From an uncultured delta proteobacterium (GTDB lineage Bacteria > Desulfobacterota > Syntrophia > Syntrophales > UBA5619), in NCBI GenBank assembly GCA_963817385.1, contig CAWFOM010000023.1, positions 1 to 17,904 of the forward strand: DNA of 17,904 bases, written 5' to 3'. Shown here piece after piece: positions 1 to 7,915 of this stretch (positions are counted from its first letter, which is position 1; every line of letters starts with the position of its first letter). The notes beneath the pieces are model-generated. The model was not told the origin of the DNA and made no database searches. It was given only the letters and a program-made list of their open reading frames with translations. A program made the translations under genes and the position numbers.

Positions 1-2
1 CA

Positions 3-530
3 ACGTATCGTGTAGGGTTGGTGAAGTTTGTCGGCAAAGCAGTATCTCAACTTCACAATTACATTCTGCTGGGGGCATTCATTCTCGTTCATTCCTATTT
101 TACTTATGTCCACCCCAGCCTGTTGGCACGCAATATCAATGTCTCGGTTGGGATGTTTATCCTTACAGGTCAGATCGTCTGGTTTATATTTCGCCTTGGC
201 GCGGAAGCGTCATTCAACATGCGTAACCTGGGCGTGATCATTGGCGGTTATAGTCTGATCAGCATCGCCCGCATCATCGCGGACCTAATTATTGATCCGG
301 GCAATGACTTCCTAAAAGCCAATACTGACTCGCCGTCTTTTCTTTTCTATCAAACCCTGCAAATCGCGCTGGCGTTCGGCCTGTTCTTAAAAGTCAATTA
401 TCGGCTGGTTGGAAATTTGGAGAGCGACATTGTCAAGCGCAAGCAGGTGGAAGAAGCGTTGAAGAAAAACGAGACCCATTACCGGGCAGTGACCCAATCA
501 GCCAGTGACGCCATCATTTCAGCCAACAGT
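3..530 (+). CDS. Fragment of a multi-pass membrane sensor protein (TM region, coiled-coil linker, start of a PAS domain); open at the window edge and cut off at ~531
   Basis: Frame is open from position 3. Several hydrophobic helices are followed by DIVKRKQVEEALKKNETHYRAVTQSASDAIISANS, a typical PAS S-box entry. After 531 the ORF-track translation (to 809) is only the antisense of hemY. Confidence 0.65.
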
Positions 531-1728
531 GATCGGTTCCGCCGTGAGACCGATAATCTCACGCAGCTCTTCAAGAACGATGTTTACCAACTCCGCGTCG
601 CCCAGGGATACGAGTTCTTCGTGATGTCCGCCGCCGACAAAACTTCTGATGAGAACGGTATCTTCCGGCGCCCGGTGGGACCATTTTACGGAACTCCAGG
701 TGCAGGCGTTTATCCTTCTGTTCTCCACGCGGGGGACGATGAATCCGAAACCGGGCAGGGGCTTTTTCATGTCATCCTTCCGGAAAGCCAGGGAAACCGT
801 TGCCGATGACGACCACTCGATGGCCGACAGCATGGCGCGGAGCTCTTCATCCGCGGATTTCAGGATATCGTTGGTAACATAGGACGGTGTGGCAAGTACG
901 ACGGCATCAAAATCAGCCGTGGAACCATCGCCGAATGTCAGGCGGTAGCGGCTATCCTGCTTCACCACCGAAACCACGGCCATTCCGGTCTTGACCCGTT
1001 CTTCGCCGATAAAGGATACACATCCGCGCACCAGTTCCTGCATGCCTTCCTTCAGCGACATGAAGTAGGTCATCTTTGGACCCGACGGGTTCGGAGGCGG
1101 CATCTTTTTCATCGCCGCGATCATGCCTTTGATCAGGCTGCCGGATTTCCTCTCCATATCGACAAAACGGGGGAAGGTGGCAAGCACGCTCATATTGTCG
1201 GGATTGGAGGTGTGAATGCCGGCCACCAGCGGTTCGGCGATCTTTTCCAGACACTCCCTGCCCAGCCGGCGCGTGACGAACTCGGCGAGGCTTTCGTCTT
1301 TTCGAGTCTTTGCGGGGCGGGATAAAGAGTTCCATGCCCATCCGTATTTTACCGGGCCAGGAGATAAGACTGGACTTGACGAGCGGCATGATCATGGTCG
1401 GCACCATGAGCATGACGCCTTCGGGCAGGGGATGGAGACGCCCCCCGGAATAGATGAAGGTGCCCTTGGACTCGTCGTTTGAACAGAGCATCTCCCCGGC
1501 CAGCCCGACCTTTTTTATCAATTGTACGGACCAGACTTTCTCGGGAAGATAGCTGTCCGGTCCGCCTTCTATGGTAAGGCTGCCGATTTTTTCCGTGAAG
1601 AGTTTGCCTCCGGCGGAGTTTTCCTTTTCAAAGACCGTAAAGTCAAATCCCTTTTCTTTCAGATCGACGGCACAGGCAAGGGCGGAGATGCCGCCGCCGA
1701 CGATGGCTATTTTTTTATCGTTCATCAT
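519..1728 (-). CDS. hemY: HemY-type flavoprotein protoporphyrinogen/coproporphyrinogen oxidase; one frameshift, C-terminus missing
   Basis: N-terminal dinucleotide motif IAIVGGGISAL, then EGGPDSYL. Removing one A from the run at 1299-1302 joins PPRKDSK to DESLAEFVTRRLG and on to GFGFIVP...ACTWSSVKWSHRAP...LREIIGLTAEPI. The usual C-terminal 'RW..AMPQY.VGH' part is absent. Lies directly downstream of hemH and overlaps it. Confidence 0.88.
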
Positions 1729-2608
1729 CTGCGTTAAACCTGGTTACTATCTCTTTCAAGGCCTTAATGAAAGGCTCACCGGCATTGAGAGAAGATATGC
1801 GCCGGAAGGAAAGCCCCTTTGCCAGCGCGTACTGCCGGTGGGTGATGTCGATATCGTAGAGCGTCTCGATGTGGTCGGCGGTAAACCCGATCGGGACCTG
1901 GACGATGCCTTTGAAACCGGCAGCGGCGATGGCGTCGATTTTTTCTTCGACGGTCGGGGTTATCCATGGTTCCGCCGCGTTACTCGGGATGCTCTGCCAG
2001 CCGAGCGCATGGTTTCGGATGCCGGCGCGGGAGGCGACCAGCGCCACGGTTTCTTCGATCTGTTGCCGGTACGGCTCGCCGGCGTACTTCATCGGCAGGC
2101 TGTGCGCCGAAAAAAGATAAAAGGCCTGCTCATCAAAGGACTCGCTGTTGATCTTCTCCACCCAGCTGTCGATGAAGAGCGGCTCTTTATACCAGCTGTG
2201 GATAAAATCCACCGGTACGGAAAGGGATTTTTTTTCGATATGGCTTTTTGCGACGTCGATGTAATTTCCGGTGGTGACGCTCGTGTAGAAAGGTGAAAGA
2301 AGAAGAACAAGAATCCGCGCCAGTCCCGCTGCCGCCATGCTTTCCAGGACCTCTTCAATGAACGGCGGCGAATACCGGAAGGCGGGAAGACAGAGATACT
2401 CATTGCCGAGCGCTTCATTCAACGCCTTCGCCTGTTCTTCGGTGATGCGCGCCAGCGGGGAAAAACCGCCGATCAGCCGGTATCGTTCGATGACGGCTTT
2501 CATGGCCGGCGGGGGAAGCTCCCTGCCGATGAAACGTTTGATGAACTCCGGGATTTCCTCCAGGCTGCGCGGACCGCCGAGAGTTACCAGGATGACGCCG
2601 GTCTTCAT
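1715..2608 (-). CDS. hemH: Ferrochelatase, 297 aa
   Basis: [13 protein letters not shown] start, [14 protein letters not shown] and [17 protein letters not shown] motifs. The ATG at 2608 overlaps the hemE TGA (ATGA). Confidence 0.95.
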   Translation of the reverse strand: MKTGVILVTLGGPRSLEEIPEFIKRFIGRELPPPAMKAVIERYRLIGGFSPLARITEEQAKALNEALGNEYLCLPAFRYSPPFIEEVLESMAAAGLARILVLLLSPFYTSVTTGNYIDVAKSHIEKKSLSVPVDFIHSWYKEPLFIDSWVEKINSESFDEQAFYLFSAHSLPMKYAGEPYRQQIEETVALVASRAGIRNHALGWQSIPSNAAEPWITPTVEEKIDAIAAAGFKGIVQVPIGFTADHIETLYDIDITHRQYALAKGLSFRRISSLNAGEPFIKALKEIVTRFNADDER

Positions 2609-3640
2609 TTTCTGGCACTCAACTCGTGGACAAGGTCGATCATGTATTTCACGTTGTCGGTCGGCGCGGTCGGCAGGATGCCGTGGCCAAGGTTGAAGAT
2701 GTGGCCGTTGCGGTTCCCCACCCTCGTCCAGGATGTCCTGTACCCGCCGTTTGATGTATTCCCGTGAGCCGTAAAGGGCCACCGGGTCGAGGTTCCCCTG
2801 GACGCCCGGCTCATGGTTCAGCGCCTTCCACGCCGCGTCGATATCCATGCGCCAGTCCAGCCCGATCACATCGCCGCCGGCCTCCTGGATCAGCGTCAGC
2901 AGATGCGACGCGCCGAAGGCAAAATGGATGTGCGGCACCGACTTGTCCAGGGATGCCATCAGCCGTTTCTGGTGGGGCAGCACGAACTCCCGGTAATCGG
3001 CCGGCGAGAGACATCCGACCCAACTGTCGAACACCTGGACGGCCTGGACGCCCGCCTTGATCTGGTCGTTCAGGTAGACGATGACCATGTCGGTAAGCTT
3101 TTCCATCAGCAGATGCCAGGTATCGGGTTCCTGGTACATCATGGATTTGGTAAAAACATAGTTCCTGGAGCCGCCCCCTTCGGTGATGTAGCTTGCCAGC
3201 GTGAACGGCGCACCCGAGAAACCGATCAGCGGCACCTTGCCGTTCAGCTCGCGCTTCACCATCCTGATGGCGTCCATCAGATACGCCATCTCTTCCATGG
3301 GGTTGATGGCCCGCATCTTTTCCACATCGCCCCGTGTCCGGACGGGATTGTTTATCTGCGGGCCGTCGTCCTTGGTGAATTCAAAATCGATCCCCATTTT
3401 TTCCAGGGGCAGCAGGATATCGGCAAAGATGATGGCGGCATCGAGTTCAAAGCGCCGGACGGGCTGCAGGGTTATCTCCACCGCGAGTTCCGGTGTCTTG
3501 CAGACTTCGATAAAGCTGTGCTTGGCCCGCACTGCGCGGTATTCCTCGAGGTATCTGCCGGCCTGCCTCATGATCCATACGGGCGTGCAGTCAACGCTCT
3601 CCTTTTTGCATGCTTTCAGATATCTGTCGGCTCGTGACAT
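2605..3640 (-). CDS. hemE: Uroporphyrinogen decarboxylase, ~344 aa after correcting one frameshift
   Basis: [48 protein letters not shown]. An extra G at ~2721-2723 moves the conserved end [12 protein letters not shown]...HELSARK* into another frame. RBS AAGGAG lies upstream of ATG 3640. Confidence 0.95.
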
Positions 3641-3680
3641 AAACGATGATCTCCTTGATGAATCCGCCAGCGAGCGAATT

Positions 3681-3701
3681 CCCCGCGGAAAAGCCGCGGG
3701 G
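3681..3701. repeat. GC-rich inverted repeat CCCCGCGG-aaaag-CCGCGGGG (REP-like hairpin)
   Basis: Perfect 8-bp arms with a 5-nt loop, 40-60 nt upstream of the hemE start. Confidence 0.6.
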
Positions 3702-3742
3702 TAAGCGAGCAAAAACGGATTGGTTTGTTCCTCTGAAGGATC

Positions 3743-3778
3743 GAAGATTCTCCTTGAGCCGGCTCAAGGAGAATCTTC
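3743..3778. repeat. Perfect 36-bp palindrome with no spacer
   Basis: GAAGATTCTCCTTGAGCC|GGCTCAAGGAGAATCTTC; the two 18-nt halves are exact reverse complements. Confidence 0.9.
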
Positions 3779-3978
3779 AATTGATGGTTCTCTATAAACC
3801 AGATGGCGGTAAAAAGAAAGGACTTTAGGAATTAATGGCGTTATCCATGCTGCGCCCGGCAGATTGAAGAGGTCGGTGGACGGCAAGCCTACGTCGGCGC
3901 ATCGGCAGCTCCCGCGGGCCGCAACAGGAAGGCGGGCAGCAAGAGAAAAAGGCGAATAGCGGGAGGATCAGCATAGGA

Positions 3979-4672
3979 TCACTTGATGGCGAGGAGCTCC
4001 ACCTCGAAGATGACCGCCGAGTTCGGCCCGATGCCGCTGCTCGTTCCCTTCTCTCCGTAAGCGAGCTGCGGCGGGATGAAAAGCTGCCACTTCGAACCCA
4101 CGGGCATGAGCTTCAGCGCCTCGGTCAAGCCGGTGATGGGGCCCGCGACCTTCATGGTTACAGGATCCCCGGTCCGATCGGAGCTGGCAATTTCCGTCCC
4201 GTTGACGAGGGCAACCCGGAACCGGCATTCGACCGTGTCTGCGTCCGTCGGTTTCCTGCCGCTGCCCGCTTTGACGATCTTGTACTGCAGCCCGCTCGGC
4301 AGGGTCACAACGCCTTCCTGCGTTTTGTTTTCCGCCAGGAACTCCTCACCCATCTTCCTGTTCTCTTCCGCCGCCATGTTCATGACCTGCTCGCGCTTCC
4401 GCGCCTGCTCGTCATGAAATGTGCTCATGGTTTCACGGAGTTCATTTTCGGTCATGAGGAGATTTCCTCTTCGCGACCTCGTCCCTGATCCCCTTCACCA
4501 GGATGTCCGCGTCAAACTCGATCCCCGACCGCAGGAAGTTTCTCGCGACGTCAACGCCGAGCCCGTAGCTCACCTTCTCCTTATACGTCTTGAGAGCCGC
4601 CGTCTCCGCGGCGCCCGCCTGAGCAGTGAGCAGTACAACTCCCAAAACCACCATCAATCTGAGTGACATCAT
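3979..4672 (-). CDS. Exported FKBP-type peptidyl-prolyl isomerase (Mip/FkpA/FklB-like) with degenerate active site; one frameshift
   Basis: Signal peptide (…AQAGA), N-terminal dimerisation domain KEKVSYGLGVD…GEEFLAENK, and FKBP domain GVVTLPSGLQYK…IPPQLAYG…IFEVELL. A +1 base at ~4462-4465 splits it into ORFs 4442-4672 and 3979-4455. Confidence 0.9.
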
Positions 4673-4852
4673 TCACCCATCCTTTCTGAAAATCGCCGCT
4701 CCCGGAGAACTCACATTCCGACGAAATACGTTCCCGCCCATCCGGTCCTTCGGGGATAAGGTATCCGTGGTGCGGGTAAACCCCAACCACGAAACTGATA
4801 GACTCGGCGGCAGTACCCGCCACGAGATGCGCTCTGTCACCGTCGGCCCACT

Positions 4853-5636
4853 TCACGGGCTGACGGCGAGATCGAGGGTATGCACCCCGGTATTCCCCGC
4901 CGGGTCGACGGCGATGACCTGAAGCCCGGCTTTGATCGATGCCGGGGGGAGCGACGGTCCGGCCTTCGAATCGGCTCGGCACTCCGGCGTATTTCAGGGG
5001 AAACGTTCCTGAAATCCGATCCCCCTGGACCCATTGTCCCCACACGGCGAGTTTGTCCGAATCCCAGAGACCTCCGGGAGTAAAGGGACACCCTCAGAGC
5101 ATCTTGACTTCCGCCTCGACCCGGACCTCCTCGCCTTTTTTGAGAGCGCCGCCGGCGGCGGGGTGCACGATATTGACGATCAACCCGTCCAGTTCGATGA
5201 TCACCCCTTCCCCTGCGATATCCTTGCCGGGGATCAGGGTGAGGGTCTTGGCGCCGCGCTGCAGCGCCTGGGGAAAGGCAAGGGGGGCTTCCGTGCGGAT
5301 TTCGACCTTTGTCGGCCGCTCCAGCGGGATTTCCGCCAGGAAAAAGGCCGCGCCCGGTGTTCCGTAGACGGTTGTGCCCCGCTTACGGGGCTGGACCATG
5401 ATCCGGTCGGTATCCCCCGTGCCTCCCTCCTGCTTGCCCTGGGCGAGGGTTTCCCCGGTCTCGGCATTCACGATCCGAACCGAGGCCCCGCCCACGCCCG
5501 AGCCGATCACCTTGGCATCCTTGGAAACGACACGGACCAGAACCTTCGTGGGGATGCCTCCGCCGGGAAAGACCTGAACGGCGAAGAGAACCACCCCGGG
5601 AATCAAAATCAAGGGGATGAGACTGTTCCGAAACAT
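4853..5636 (-). CDS. Putative secreted selenoprotein, ~260 aa, Sec181 in a U-G-C-P motif; one frameshift near the C-terminus
   Basis: RBS GGAGGTG before ATG 5636 and a hydrophobic N-terminus. Reads …EAEVKML-TGA(5094-5096)-GCPFTPGGLWDSDKL… with the frame open past the TGA and a SECIS-like hairpin directly after it. Removing one C from the run at 4944-4949 gives the end …LQVIAVDPAGNTGVHTLDLAVSP* at 4853. Confidence 0.8.
5054..5093 (-). promoter_or_regulatory. Bacterial SECIS element
   Basis: mRNA after UGA: GGG UGUCC CUUUAC UCCCGGA GGUC UCUGGGA UUC GGACA. Lower stem UGUCC/GGACA, 7-bp upper stem (one G-U pair), G-containing apical loop; AGGUCU begins 20 nt after the UGA. Confidence 0.75.
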
Positions 5637-5706
5637 CCGATCACCTCCACCATTCCAGAAATTTAAGGACGGATAAACCTGCCGGGGCAACAGCCTGCCT
5701 CCGCAC

Positions 5707-6138
5707 TCACAGCAGGTTGTTGAGGCCCAGAAACAGCTGCACCAAGTACGCGCCCAGGATGGCCAGGCCCAGCAGGAAATGCGGGGTTCGCCAGGGAGAA
5801 ACGGGGCCTTTGATCTTCCGGGAGACGAGGAACGTGGTCGCCAGAAGGATGACGATCGACACCCCCATGAGGTGATGGACGCGATACTCAAAAAAATGCC
5901 CTTTATCGATGGTGATCAGCGTCGCGCCCGCCACATACCCCAGGATGCCCAAAAGCACCAGGACGGGGCCGTTGCCCCGGTGCCGCTTGATGATGCCGAA
6001 GTCCTTGGCGCCCCCGCTCCTTCCCGCTTTCCTGATCTTCAGCCCGAGCCATCCCTGGTACAGGAAGGCAAGGGCGACCAGGGCGTTGTAGGCGCCGTGC
6101 AGGACCCTGAGGAGGTCGATCCATTCCCTGGCGATCAT
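5707..6138 (-). CDS. Four-helix membrane protein, DUF4079/cytochrome b561-like (putative di-heme)
   Basis: Four hydrophobic segments with His14, His53, His88/89 and His120 near the helix starts. Its ATG overlaps the cupredoxin stop (TGATG). Confidence 0.7.
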   Translation of the reverse strand: MIAREWIDLLRVLHGAYNALVALAFLYQGWLGLKIRKAGRSGGAKDFGIIKRHRGNGPVLVLLGILGYVAGATLITIDKGHFFEYRVHHLMGVSIVILLATTFLVSRKIKGPVSPWRTPHFLLGLAILGAYLVQLFLGLNNLL

Positions 6139-6551
6139 CAGTCCCGCACTTCCAGCGTGCCGGTCATCCCCTTCTCCTTGTGGCTTTCGAAAAAGAGGAG
6201 CTTCTTATCGCAGGTAAAGGGGTACGTTCCGGTCTTCGTGGGGGTGAATTTGACGATTTCGGGCGTCTCCTTCAGCTCCTGCCTGAAGTCGATCCCCGCC
6301 TCGGGGGCCTTCAGCACGATGTCGTGGGGGATCATGCCGGGTTCCTTCCTGATCTTCAGTTCCACCGGCACGTTCACCTTTACGATGATGTAATTGGGAT
6401 CGAAGAAATAGGACCCCGCGAGAATCTCCACCCGCTGGACGCCGTCCGGATCCGTCTTGGCCGTGAATTCCTTTTTTTCAGCGGCCGCCGCGCTCATGGT
6501 GAACAGGAAAAGAATCGCCAGCACCGTCCCTGCATATCTGAATGATCTCAT
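6138..6551 (-). CDS. Exported cupredoxin-domain (type-1 copper) protein, 137 aa
   Basis: Signal peptide ending AAA; YFFDPNYIIVKVNVPVEL, H76 and GTYPFTC114…H124…GM129.GTLEV give an H/C/H/M ligand set. RBS AAGGAGG. Confidence 0.88.
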   Translation of the reverse strand: MRSFRYAGTVLAILFLFTMSAAAAEKKEFTAKTDPDGVQRVEILAGSYFFDPNYIIVKVNVPVELKIRKEPGMIPHDIVLKAPEAGIDFRQELKETPEIVKFTPTKTGTYPFTCDKKLLFFESHKEKGMTGTLEVRD

Positions 6552-6673
6552 CGTCGCCTCCTTGAAAAAACACGTTTTCTGACGATTGCACTGTCACGAG
6601 TATCATCTTAAGCTTCCGATTCGATACTCACCGACAAAAGCCCATCAACGCACGAAGTGATTCCATGAATCTG

Positions 6674-6701
6674 ATTTTACCAGAGATTATTTCCGGTGCA
6701 A
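6674..6701 (-). promoter_or_regulatory. Possible sigma70 promoter for the cupredoxin operon (TTGCAC-16-TAAAAT)
   Basis: Consensus-like hexamers in an AT-rich intergenic region; pattern match only. Confidence 0.3.
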
Positions 6702-6782
6702 CCAGATTCATCACTTTTTTTCAATCGGAATATCGGCAGCCATCTGAAACTCGGCAACATCGGTGAGAAAAAAATCCCGGTT

Positions 6783-7411
6783 TCAGACCAGGCAGGTTTG
6801 CGGCGCCACGACCTCAAGGATCATTTCCTCGGCCGGATAGGGGGTGAGGAGCGGCAGGAGCCGGGCGGGGTCGCGGACGAAAGGGTCGAGCCAGAGGGCC
6901 ATCCCTCACCCGAGAGGATGACGGGCATCCGGTCGTGGACGGAGGCGACCAGGGCATTGGATTCGGTCGTGATGATCGTGCAGGTGCTGAGAGGCTCCCC
7001 CGCCTCCGATCGCCAGGTCTCGTAAAGGCCGGCGAAACCGAAGGGCTCCCCGGAGCGGAGACGAAAACGGACTGCCGTGCGATGCCCCTTCTCTCCCGTC
7101 CAGTCATAAAAGCCGTCGGCCGGGATCAGGCAACGGCGTCTCTGGAACGCCTCCCGGAAGCTCGGCTTCTCAGCCAGCGTCTCGGCCCGGGCGTTGATCA
7201 TCTTCCGGCCTATGGCCGGGTCCTTCGCCCAGGAGGGGATGAGGCCCCAGCGGAAGGAGACGAGGCGGTTTTCCCCCTCGCGGATCACCGCCGGGATGGA
7301 CTGTCCCGGCAGGAGATCCCCCACGGGGAGTGAGGTCAGGGCCGTCTGGCCCACGTCAAAGCGCTCCACGATCGCCGACAGGTCGGTCAGGAGAATAAAT
7401 CGTCCGCACAT
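6783..7411 (-). CDS. SOS response-associated peptidase (SRAP/YedK/HMCES family); one frameshift
   Basis: MCGRF N-terminus, RWGLIPSWAKD, INARAET, RRCLIPADGFY.W, VHDRMPVIL. Restoring a missing G at ~6903-6905 gives MALWLDP…LLPLLTPYPAEEM…CLV*. Confidence 0.9.
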
Positions 7412-7519
7412 GCCATCACCATTGCCTGACCGGTTGCCCTCCCCCCGATCCCACCCGCTCCTGAAGAGTCGAAGCCGACGCAGCTCGATATTCTTCCTCT
7501 TCTTCCGGACAAGAACGGT

Positions 7520-7915
7520 TCAGGAGTGATTCAGCACCCGGACGACAAGCCAGATCAGAAGCGCCGCGGTAATGATCCAGATCGCGACGATTACCGCGGC
7601 GGCGATCTTTCCCGCCCGCGTTACCCGCCCGACCATCTCCTCCGATCGCCGACGGCACTCCGCAAGGACGTCCGCCGGGATCATCCGGATGACGAGCATG
7701 ATCCCCAGCGGGATGAGGACCAGGTCATCCAGGTATCCCAGAACCGGGATGAAATCCGGGATCAGATCGATCGGGGAGAGGGCGTAGCCGACGACGATCA
7801 GGGCAAGGGCCTTCGCATACCACGGGACGCGCGGGTGGCGGCAGGCCAGGGAGAGGGTGAAGGTCTCCTTTTTCAAGGCCTGCACGCGCTCTTTCCAGGA
7901 ATCGACCGATCTCAT
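7520..7915 (-). CDS. DUF1232/YkvA-family membrane protein
   Basis: HPRVPWYAK…YALSPIDLIPDFIPVLGYLDD signature; ATGA overlap with the upstream gene. Confidence 0.92.
   Translation of the reverse strand: MRSVDSWKERVQALKKETFTLSLACRHPRVPWYAKALALIVVGYALSPIDLIPDFIPVLGYLDDLVLIPLGIMLVIRMIPADVLAECRRRSEEMVGRVTRAGKIAAAVIVAIWIITAALLIWLVVRVLNHS

Noticed and set aside
519..521. TGA ending hemY as a recoded stop
   Set aside because: It lies beyond the junction at 531; the downstream sequence is the antisense of the sensor gene.
1715..3712. 665-aa HemE-HemH fusion protein in the ORF track
   Set aside because: Caused by one extra G at ~2722. The true HemE C-terminus (GHIFNLGHG…) is in another frame and ends in an ATGA overlap with the hemH start.
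4581..5045. Independent 154-aa ORF
   Set aside because: Its first part is the post-Sec continuation of the selenoprotein; the rest is out-of-frame read-through after the C-run indel.
5637..5891. 85-residue N-terminal extension of the selenoprotein ORF (start 5891)
   Set aside because: Overlaps the DUF4079-like gene in another frame; RBS and signal peptide point to ATG 5636.
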